DNA from: Ginglymostoma cirratum
Taxonomy: Eukaryota
NCBI GenBank assembly: GCA_024137785.1
Contig: JAHRHZ010000030.1
Span: forward strand, 36,378,037-36,442,036
Direction of reading: 5' to 3'
Length of the DNA stretch: 64,000 nucleotides
This document shows positions 51,687 through 61,890 of this stretch, in pieces. A program made the translations under genes and the position numbers. How positions within the stretch are numbered: the stretch's first letter is position 1; every line of letters starts with the position of its first letter. The notes beneath the pieces are model-generated. The model was not told where the DNA came from and ran no database searches. It worked only from the letters and a program-made list of their open reading frames with translations.

Positions 51687-52022
51687 CTGTTTGGCTTATC
51701 AAATTGAACAGACTCATGAGCTGACTGAGAACAAACTATCGCCGGTTCAGCTTCTTTCTTGTTCTTTGTCGTTAGTGTTGTTACTGTGACTGACGTGACC
51801 GAAGGTCGAGAAGGATTTGTGATAGTGTCTATTGGGCAAGAAGTGGAGACCTCCTTCTCGTCGCTACAGCTATTCCTTTCAAAACTTCTGATGTCCAGGT
51901 ACTCCCCACTATCTACGGTTCGATTCTCAGGCACTTGTTCTGTCACGGCTGGAGGATGCACCGTGCTGTCAGTGGTGGTAGCCACAGCAGCAAAACTCTG
52001 CCGCTTGAGCTCTTCTATTTCA
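51687..52022 (-). CDS. RELCH: RELCH large variable exon (S)EIEELKRQSFAAVATTTDST...SVQFDKPN(R)
   Basis: 336 nt overlapping ORF 51638..51985; taacag acceptor, gtcagt donor; ends in conserved VxFDKPNR. Confidence 0.9.
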
Positions 52023-52574
52023 CTGTTAGAATTGAAACAAAATCAATTATGTGCATAATACAACATTTTTGACATTCTGTTAAGAACTTTTTAAACTTTG
52101 ACTGTGTTGTAAAACTGCAACCACATAATATGCAATTTACAAATATTGGCATGTCCAATAAATATTTCGCGGAAACTGACATAATGCAATAGCGTTAGTG
52201 ACAATTATGCGGTACTCTGTGCAAAAGCATATGTTTCAATCCTAGCACAAACAGATATTTGAGCTCAGCTAACTTTAATACAGGAAAAACAAGTGGCTTG
52301 GAGCTGAACAGGGAGATTGATTTTGACGACTCAGGCGGGTGGAGAAGCAAGGACTTAAGAAAAATTGAGCTTGGAGAGAAAGTTACACACCAGCTGCAGA
52401 GGGGAACTTCAACTAATACGGCAGCAGTTTAGAATGAACAGTGTAGAACAAAGTCAGAATTATTTCTCAATTAAAGCTGAAGGAAGCACATAGGATTAAG
52501 TGCCCTCAATGATAATTTACAGACCTGCAGACAGTGAAAAGAATGATCAACAAAACGAATGGTAAGGTGTTAAA

Positions 52575-53118
52575 AGATAGCAAGAACTGCAGATGCCAGA
52601 GTCAGAAATAACACGTACGCAACAAACGACAACACCCTCTGGTTGCCACCCATTTTGACTCCCCCCTCCCCACTCCTATTCTCTGGGTGACATGACCATC
52701 CTGGGCCTCCTCCAGTGTCACAGTGACACCACCTGCAAACTGGAGGAGCAGCACCTCGGGAGCTTCCTGTCCGATGGGCTAAACACGGAATTCACCAGTT
52801 TTAAAAATTTCCCCACACCCAGCCTCATCCCACTACCAACTCTCCCTCTCATCCCCGCCTCCTTGACCTGACGCAACCTGTCCATCTTCTCTCCCACCTA
52901 TCCACCCCTCCCACCCCACTGACCAATCCCCACCACTCTCTACCTGCACTCACCTACCACCATCCCCCTACCTTCCCTAGCCCCACCCCTTCTCTCTATA
53001 TATTTCAGAGCTCCCTTCCCCCTCCATTTCTGAAGAAGGGTCTCGACTCGAAACATCAACTTTCCTGCTCCCCTGAAGCTGCCTGGCCTCCTGTGCTTCT
53101 CCAGCTCCATACTGAGTG
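52575..53118 (+). mobile_element. Penelope-like element 3' end: GIY-YIG C-terminal remnant, pyrimidine tract and hammerhead-bearing terminus
   Basis: About 52636-52806 translates, with frameshift and deletion, to LVATHFDSP..SLGDMTILGLLQCHSDTTCKLEEQHL..GSFLSDGLNTEFTSF*; CTGAAGA-AGGGTC-tc-GACTC-GAAA-CA-TC at 53030-53057. Confidence 0.8.
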
Positions 53119-53244
53119 ACAAAGTTGTTGTCTTGTATTAAAATACAGGTCTTGTATTGGAAATTTTAAAATTTTCACAGGAGACAGAGGTAAATTTTTG
53201 CTAAACTGGACAAAGATTCCACATACCTTTACAATTTCACATAC

Positions 53245-53336
53245 CTCTTAAGCTGTCTGATTTGCATTGTAAGGGTTATTTTTTCATTCTTTAAGATATG
53301 AAGTTGATCTTGTAGCTCTTGCACTACTTTAGTTTG
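53245..53336 (-). CDS. RELCH: RELCH coiled-coil exon QTKVVQELQDQLHILKNEKITLTMQIRQLK(S)
   Basis: 92 nt, ttccag acceptor, gtatgt donor; phases fit both neighbours. Confidence 0.88.
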
Positions 53337-53599
53337 CTGGAAAAGAATATACAATATATTAATATGTAGAAATCAATTCGATACAGCGTTGCAAAGGGAT
53401 TCTGTAATGTGTGGGTACCCATTTTAAGCATGACCTTATCCAATATTTAAGTTAAAGCTAAATATTTAAATAGGACATTACTTACTTGGGGATGGGGGTG
53501 GTGATGGAAGCACGTACCAGGTCACTTTAAAAACTTCTCAGATTTCTGTATTAAAATGTGTATAATGTTCTGTTCTGGGTTGCTTATTTAGCAATTGGA

Positions 53600-53885
53600 A
53601 TGGAGAAGATGAGAGGGGAAAAATTATAAAAAGGAACCTAAGGGGCAACATTTTCATGCAGAGGGTGGTGCATGTATGGAATAAGCTGCCACAGGGCATG
53701 GTGAAGGCTGGTACGATTACAGCATTTAAAAGTCATCTGGACAAGTACAAGTAAATGAATAGGAAAGGCTCAGAGGTATGGGCCAAATGCTGGCAAATTG
53801 GACTAGATGAATTCAGGATATCTGGTCAGCATGGATGAGTTGGACCATAGGGTCTGTTTCCATGCTGTACATATCTAAGACTATG
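53600..53885 (+). mobile_element. CR1 LINE 3' end
   Basis: Same subfamily as 34805 and 36070. Confidence 0.85.
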
Positions 53886-54308
53886 AATAGCAGGTAATAT
53901 CTGTGGAATATAAACCAACAATTGAATCTAAACCTCTACCTAAAGGTAGAGACAGCAAGCTAAGCATACAGCATAGCTTGGTCCTGCACCCATCCTGATT
54001 TGCATGATCCCACAAGACATCAGGTATGGGGCTACCAAGAGAACGTTTTCTCATTTTCAGAATGCAATGTAGCATATATCAAATACAAATTAATGACACA
54101 AAGGAAGCAGTTTATTTTTAAGCTTTTCCTGAAAAAATTTGGTTTAACATTTATTTAAAAGCTACTAGCTTAAGCTGTATTTCTGAGCCCCATTCTGCTC
54201 GCCCAACAAAATGGCAGATGTAAAAAACAGCAGGATTTGAATCCTACTATCACATAATCTCAACAGCTGAACTAGTTTTAAAACATAGACACTATTCTGC
54301 TCTGTTAC

Positions 54309-54506
54309 CTCTTCTAACTGCAGGTGCTGCAAAGTGGCTGGTTCTTGGACACTCGGTAGCCCTTCCAAGTCACCTGGCTCCACTTCAACAGCCACATCCT
54401 TCATTTCTTTTGATGAGGTTGCATGGCTTCCATACTCCCGATACATCTGCAACAGGTCTGGCGGCTTCGGAATGTTTAATCCAACATCATCCCACAGCTC
54501 AAAATC
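54309..54506 (-). CDS. RELCH: RELCH exon DFELWDDVGLNIPKPPDLLQMYREYG...QHLQLEE
   Basis: 198 nt, ctttag acceptor, gtaaca donor; donor position less certain because the 3' part is poorly conserved. Confidence 0.88.
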
Positions 54507-55748
54507 CTAAAGTGGTTGAACAAAAAACACTGAATAATACTTTCCATGGGAACTTTTCCATCACTCTAAATTAAATGTATCACCAAGTATAATACTGATT
54601 ACACACAAGTGCCTTGCAACAAAAAAGAATTTTTGCACCCGATTTCGTGAATCTGTAATAATCACAGGAAAATGTACATGGTCCAACTTTACCCAAGTTC
54701 AAACTGGATGACCAATGGAATAATCAACTGGACTAGACAACAGCAGGGGCTGTGTCTAGGCACTAATTAAATTATGCACAGACAAAACATTATTAGGTAT
54801 TTTAAGAGATCACATATTTTTCCTTTTCTTGGGGACCACAAAGCGCAATGGAAGTTAGATTGCCATAATTGGAGTACCAGGAAAGTTCTGCAACTTGAAA
54901 ATCAAGTGCTGCATACATTGGTTAGCTGTGTAACATAATGTTGCTTTTTGGAAGCAGTTCAAGTGGTACAGTGTTAAAAAGCTTTAGGCGCCAAAAGCAG
55001 CAGATTGGGAAACACATCCAGAGGCTGCAGACAGCAAGCATTCATCTCTTCCTCTCTGTCTTCGCATGAAGAAGATACAGAGAAGAAAGCAAAACATCTT
55101 ATAAGGTATATTTCATAGAAGAAAAGACTTTATTTTCCTGTTTACTGGGGGCACCTTTACTATGAGGTCGTTAATTGATCCTGTCTCTTCACACATTACC
55201 AGATATGGAATAGTTTGCTTTCCAGAACTTGCTGCTCTTCGAAACTGTCCCAAAAACACTCATGAACTTACCGTCCAGGCTACTTTTACCAACATAATTG
55301 GTCTAATCCATACAGGTTGAAATCATACACAATCATTCTTTGCATAAACCCTTTTTATTTCTTCCTATATATCCCTAATGCTCTGGGGCATCTCAACTAC
55401 TTCCACAAATTACTTCTTACATTTATCACCACCCAAACTGATTCATCTTCAGAACTGAGATCATCGCCCGCTATTGCACTAATTTTTTTCCTAAGGTACC
55501 AGCTCTTTCGATGTCCCTGTCCTTCCGAAATGTCATGTACACTTGAATATTCAATATAATTCATTTAAAACAACCAGTTGTAAACGTAATGGTGATTCTT
55601 CCATCAACCATTCTGTTCAGACACACCACTTAAAGGCTACAAGGAGCCTTTATATAAAATTAGTATGTTCTACATCATAGAAAGTAAATAGTATTCAAGT
55701 ATTAATTAACACTTGATTCTGCATAATGTATACTTGAAATATTATTAC

Positions 55749-55862
55749 CTGGTCATCATTTTCATCTGAAAAGGTTATTGAGGTGAGTTTGTAATTAATC
55801 TTCAATAAATATTCATTCACTAGGAAATTTAATGCTCTTTTCTCAAGAGGTTTAACAGCTTC
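55749..55862 (-). CDS. RELCH: RELCH LisH-motif exon EAVKPLEKRALNFLVNEYLLKINYKLTSITFSDENDDQ
   Basis: 114 nt, atatag acceptor, gtaata donor. Confidence 0.96.
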
Positions 55863-56169
55863 CTATATAAGAAAAATGAAAATTTGAGCTCAATAAAGCG
55901 AAGCATCCATGAATATCCTGTGAATGGAAAACATCAAGTTTTTTCCCCACAGGCAAGATTAAAGTAGCTAAGCAAGCTTCACCCTTCTACAGATATTAAC
56001 AAAAATCCTTTATCAATTATCGAAAACTTTAGAAACAATTTCCCATTATTGTTTCACATTCACATCATTGGAACATGATTAAAGATGCAACACTCATTCC
56101 TTTCCAAAACAGTACACACAAAATAATCACATTATTGATCAGTTTACAGAAGGATTTAAAAATAAATAT

Positions 56170-56490
56170 TCCAGCAACGTGGGTACTTATTACCCATCCT
56201 CGCTGCCCCAGGAGACAGTTAAGAGTAAGTCACATTCCTGTGGGTCTGGTGTTACAGACCAGACTAATGTAAGGATGGCTGTCCTTTCCAAAAAGGAATT
56301 AGTGAACCAAATGGGTTCCAACAATTGACAATGGTATCATGGTCTTCATTAGATGCTTAATTCAAAATTTTTTTACAAAAACTGAATTCAAATTACACCA
56401 TCTTCCATGGCAGGATTTTGGAACCCATATCCTCATAACATTACTAGAATATTAATCCAGAGATCGAGGTAATAATACCATCACCTCCTA
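56170..56490 (-). mobile_element. Degenerate tRNA-derived SINE
   Basis: Same family as 3555-3915. Confidence 0.7.
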
Positions 56491-56589
56491 ATCACATGAT
56501 GGACCTGTATACTGATTTTTTGAGATTCATCGAAATTCCTCCAGATCATAGCGCTCGGCAAACTCTCTCCCTTTAAATAGCACCTGCTG

Positions 56590-57690
56590 CTCTGTTCTTT
56601 CCGATAAAGTGGAAATGTTCACATTTTTCCATGTTGTACTCCATCAGTTAAATTTTGCCCACTCACGCAACCTATTTATAATCAAATTGCAGTCTTATGT
56701 CCTCTTAACAACTTATTTTGCCACCTACATTTGGGGCATCAGTAAATTTAGCAGCCTAAAATTCAGTATCATCATTCATGTCATTAATATAGATTACAAA
56801 CAGTTGAGGGCCCATCACTGTGATATTCTATTACATACAGCTTGCCAACCTGAAAAAGAGCTAATCACCTCTATTCTCTACTTACTGGCAGCTAACTAAT
56901 CTTCTATCTATGCTAAAATGTTGACCCTACAGACCTTCCACCAGGACCTCTTATATTGTGCAGTAACCTTTGAAAATGCCTTCTGGAAATCCATGCATAC
57001 CACATCCATAGGTTCCCTTTTGTCCAGACTATTTGTTACACTCCTCAAAAGAATACCAATAAATTGGTCAATTGTGATTTCCCTTTCACAAACCCACGTT
57101 GACTCTGCCTGATTGTTTTGAGATTTAAGTGTCCTGCTACAACCACCTTAAGATTCCAACATTTTCTCTATGACTGACGTTAAGCGAACTGATCTGTAGC
57201 TTAAATAAAACAAAGAACTGTGAATGCTGGAACTCAAACAAAAACAGAAAAAGTGTTGGAGGAACTCGACAGGTCTGGTAGAATCTGTATAAAAGTACAA
57301 TAGAGTTAATGCTTCAAGTCCAAATGACCATTTACCGGTTCAGATGAAGGGTGACTAGACTCAAAACATTAACTCTTGTTGTTTTTAGCATTTGGGAAGT
57401 TAAAAACCATGCACCTACTATCTCAGTAGCAACTTCTTATAAGATCTTAAGATGCAGGCCATCAGGTCCTAGTGACTTTACAGCCTTCAGTTCTAATAGT
57501 TTTCATTTCGTTGGTGGTTGTAACTGCTTTAAGTCCTTCCCTTAATTTTGCCTTTTGGGTTACAAGAATTTCTGTGATATCATTTGTGTCCTCAAGAGTG
57601 AAAACAGACAGAACATCTGAATGCTTCTACCAATTTGAACTTCCCATTGTTAATTCCCCAGGCTCACTCTAGGGACCAATACTCATTACT
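56590..57690 (-). mobile_element. Old CR1 LINE fragment with a nested Penelope-derived element (about 57203-57380)
   Basis: CR1 motifs on both sides; insert carries cagatgaagggtgactagactcaaaacattaactc. Confidence 0.7.
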
Positions 57691-57924
57691 TTCTTTAAGA
57701 AACATACAACCCTGGCTTCTTTATCTACAACACACGTTTTTGTAAAAATGCACCATAAATATACTTAAATCAATTCTATTTCATCTTGTTTAAGTGGAAG
57801 AAAATGGCAAATAATCTAAAACCAATATTTAACTTCTTAGGGGCTCAATTTGGTGTGGGTTGATGCAGGAGTATTAAAACAATTACTGCTTCATTAAGAA
57901 ATGCAACGTACATGTCTTGGACCT

Positions 57925-58300
57925 TATAGAATCATACAATACAATCCTACAGAACAGAACAAAGGAATATGGCCCACTGTGTTTGTGTTGGCCTCTTGAA
58001 AGAAGGGCCTAATTATTCCCATTCCCCAATATTACTCCACAGCCCTGTGAATATATACTCTTCAATTATAATTGAATTCCCTTTCAAAAGTTACTCTCAA
58101 ACTCATTTCCACCAATCAAGCAGTGAATTGCAATCATAATTTGCTGCAAAAAAAAAAAAAAATTCTCATCTCCCCCAGCTCTCTTGCCGATTACCATAAA
58201 TCTGTGTCTTTGGGTTAATGATTCTCCTGCTGGTGGAATATGTTGCTTTTTATTTGCTTATTCAACCCCATCAATTTTGATCACCTTAAATCTCTTTGCT
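57925..58300 (-). mobile_element. Degenerate CR1 3' end
   Basis: catagaatcatac-type tail repeats and CR1 3' UTR-like sequence. Confidence 0.55.
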
Positions 58301-59642
58301 GTCTTTAGGGCCTTACATCGTACGAACAGCTTTTGAATACAAATTTAAAAATATTATATCCAAAAGTACTCTGCTCACATAAAAACAGCAGTAAAAGGAA
58401 AATAAGAACGAGATGGCCAAATAGAAGATGTCATTATAATTTTGAGATTTGAAATTCAACAATCAGAATGAGTGATTTGGATATTAGAAAGTGCTCAGGT
58501 TGTGGACAAGGCTGTAAACTGAACAAACAGGTTTGGTGATGAAACGTTTGCAACCAAACCCACCGGCTTGGCGAGCATGTCTACGACCTCAGTGCTCAGT
58601 TTGCACCATTGATCGTGCTTGTTGCTTTATCTAGTACGTTGCATTGCTTCATATTTTAGAAAACTGTTTAGATAACACACAGGAAAAGGCAAGTTGAGAT
58701 ACAAGTGAATTTCAACAATCAAATCAGAATTACATGCTCTTCTTTATGCACCCCAATCCCAAGTTATGCATTCTGACTGGGTCACAAAAATTTAACATTT
58801 TTACAGCTGGGTCATTTCTGGAATCCCAGATAACAAGCATGCTAAAATGTTGACCTTCCTGTCCTTATACTAGGACCTTTTATTTTGTGCAGTCACCTCT
58901 GAAAATGCTGGCAAGGGAGAAGCAAGGCAAAAGTGCTTTCTGGGAATCAAGAGAAAAGAAATATTACTTACAACTCAGATGGGGCACGAGGACGACTGTG
59001 CTTGGACTTTTGGAGAACTAATTGAACACAGCATGGAAATGTATCTGAGGAGAATGTGTAGAGTAACGGACTGTATGTTGGAAATCATAACTTGTGTACA
59101 ACTAAACATTTGGTGCATTCTTATTTTTTGCGGTTGACTTTTTGGGGATGTGGCAGGAGAGTGGTGGAGAAAACAAAGTGGCTACCGTAGATGCTGCATT
59201 AGCAAATATTGTTGGGAACTGCAATGTGCCAAATCACGGAAATTGGTAAGGTACGACTACCTCTGTTAATTGCAACTTAACAGAACGTGGTGTTAGGGCA
59301 GTTAAAATAGAGTCAGAAAGACAAAATAGAGGATAATTTAGAAAAGACACTGTTGGTATGAATGGATATTGCCTAGCTCTGTATGTAACCAAGGAAGTTT
59401 AGGAATTTATCATAGGACAGGCAAAGTATATATCAAAACTATACATTTTCAGACACAAATAATTCACTTGAAAAGGAGCAAGGATCAATTTTACCTTACC
59501 GATCCCACTAATTACAAGAACATCTTTATTCCAAAAACAACAAGGCCAGGTGTTCAAACACCCCAAAAAAAACCTGCTCCATGAAAGTATTTTGCTTCCT
59601 AATAAATTAAAACTTATTTTCTTTGCCCCCACAATATCTTAC

Positions 59643-59698
59643 CTGAATTTCAGGGCTGGATTTATAATTTTTCCGTTCCTGTAAAGGAACATCATTTT
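59643..59698 (-). CDS. RELCH: RELCH exon (E)NDVPLQERKNYKSSPEIQ
   Basis: 56 nt, tcacag acceptor, gtaaga donor; an alternative in-frame acceptor would start the exon at 59707. Confidence 0.92.
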
Positions 59699-60154
59699 CT
59701 GTGAAGGCTGAAAAAGCAAAAGTAGATTTACACAAATGTTAAATGTTCGAGGTTTGTTTATGCATTATGAAAGCAGAAAGAGAAGAAAGTATAATGTACA
59801 CCACCTGCAGCTTGTGTCAGGTTGGCACGAAGGGACTGAATGGTCTCCTTGGCTTTCCGTAGTTCAAATTCCAGGACTGGACAGGGATTGTATTAAACAC
59901 ACAAAGGAATCCAACCAAGAAAAAGGAAAAATAAAAAGGATGGGTGTGAAAATAAAAGAAAAAACAGTTTTGAAACAGAACGCATGCAACTTATGGAATC
60001 TTGTGAATACACGCAGCAGAGTTTGCATCGTAATAGCTTGGTGAAATTTTTTTCCATACTTTCACATACTTAATGCAATCTATTTAAATCTTCAATTTGT
60101 TTCTAAGGAAAAAAAGGAGATTCTTAATGAAAACAGTAAAATGATATTCATGAT

Positions 60155-61890
60155 CATATAATCATAGGGTCCTACAGCACAGAGATATGCCCTTCAGCCC
60201 AAACTGGCCCACGTGGACCAAAATGATAAACCATGCTAACCCCATTTCCCTGCAGTTGGCCCATATCCTTCCAAACCTTTCCTATCCACTTATTCATCCA
60301 AAAGTCTTTTAAAATGTTGTTCATGTACCCGCCTCAACCACTTCCGCTGAAAGCTCATTCCATACGTGTATCACACTGTAAAAAATGTTGCCCCTCAGGT
60401 TCTCACATTTTCTTTCCCCTCTTGACTAGAGGGCATCAGTTTAAGACCTTGATTCCCCAACACTGGGGGAGAAAAGACTGAGTGCTTTCACCCTTATCCA
60501 CGCTTCTCAAGATCTGATACACCTTTATAAGATCCGCCCTGCCTCAGTCTCCTACGCTCTTAAAAAAAAGCCCTAGCTTGTCCAATCTGTCCCTTAAACT
60601 CAGTCCGTTCAGTCCTGGCAACATGCTTGTAAATTTCTTCTGCACTCTTTCCAGTTTAATAACATCCTTCCTATAGCAAGGTGACCAAAACTGAATTCTA
60701 TACTCCCAAGTGCGGCCTCATCAACGTCCTGTACAACTGCACTACAACTTCTCAACTTCTGTTCTCAGTACCCTGACTGATGAAGGCTGGTGTGCCAAAA
60801 GCGTCCTTCACTACCCTGTCTGTGACTCCACTTTCAGAGAATCGTGCACCTGCACTCCAAGGTCTCTCGGTTCCACTACACTCCTTAAGGCCCTACCTTT
60901 CACCACGAAACTACTACTTTGATTCGACTTTCCAAAATGTCAACAATAACCTCTCACTTATCTCTGTTAAGCTTAATTTGCAATTTCTCGACCCACTCCC
61001 CCAGCTGATCAAGATCCTGCTGCAATATATCTGACAACCTTCCTCACTGTCCATGATACCGCCTATTTTAGTGTCATCTGCAAACTTACGAATCACACTT
61101 TGTACATTCTCATCCAAATCATTGATGTAGATAACAAATCCAGCACCGACCCTTGAGGCACACCACTAGTCACAGGCCTCCAGTCAGCTAAGCATTCTTC
61201 CAGTATTACCCTCTGCTTCCTACCATCAAGCCAATTGTGTATCCAATTTGCCAGCTCTCCCTGGATTTCATGTGATTAAACCTTCTACAGCAGCCTACCA
61301 TGTGGAACCTTATCAAAGGCCTTACTGAAATCCACCTCTACTGCCCTGCCCTCACCAACCTTCCTGGTCACATTAAAAAAAAAACTCTAACAAATTTGTG
61401 AGGCATGATCTCCCACACACAAAGCCATGCTAACTACTCCTAATCAAACCTTGTCCTTCCAAATGCATATATATCTTATTCCTCAGAACCTTCTCAAGTA
61501 ACATACCCACTACAGATGTTAAGCTTACTAGTCTATAGTTCCCAGGTTTTTCTTTGCAGCCCTTCTTGAATAAAGGCACAACATTCACTATCCTCCAGTC
61601 TTCTAGGACCTCACCTGTGGCTAACGACTATGCAAATATATCAGCCGCCCCAGCAATTTCTTCTCTAGCCTCTTGCAGGGTTTGTGGATACATCTGGTCA
61701 GGGCCAGATTTATCCACCTTCATACATTATAAAACATCCAACGCCTTCTCTACTGCGATATAGGCTATCCCCAAGATATCACCACTAACTTTCCCAAGTT
61801 CTCAAGTCTTCAAGTCTTCACAGTAAACAGAGGAGAAATATTCATTGAGGACTTCACCCGTCTCCTGTGGTTCCACACAAACATGTCCAT
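60155..61890 (-). mobile_element. Longest CR1 LINE fragment, about 1.7 kb, disrupted RT
   Basis: ORF remnant IRKFADDTKIGGIMDSEEG; ccatgtggaaccttatcaaaggcc is the KAFDKVPH motif on the minus strand. Confidence 0.93.

Larger units (their letters stand above)
865..59698 (-). other. RELCH: RELCH (KIAA1468) gene body, partial; 5' exons and terminal exon lie outside the window
   Basis: GT-AG exons join in one frame and translate to sequence recognisable as RELCH (KPLEKRALNFLVNEYLL, DFELWDDVGLNIPKPPDLLQ, ELIPLILCTACLHPEPKERDQLLHILFNLIKRPDDEQR). Confidence 0.97.

Noticed and set aside
51759-52058. Plus-strand 99-aa ORF antisense to the large exon
   Set aside because: Shadow ORF of coding sequence with no independent gene signals.
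58840-58910. About 70-bp similarity to 56910-56980
   Set aside because: Both lie in CR1-derived sequence; explained as a repeat fragment.
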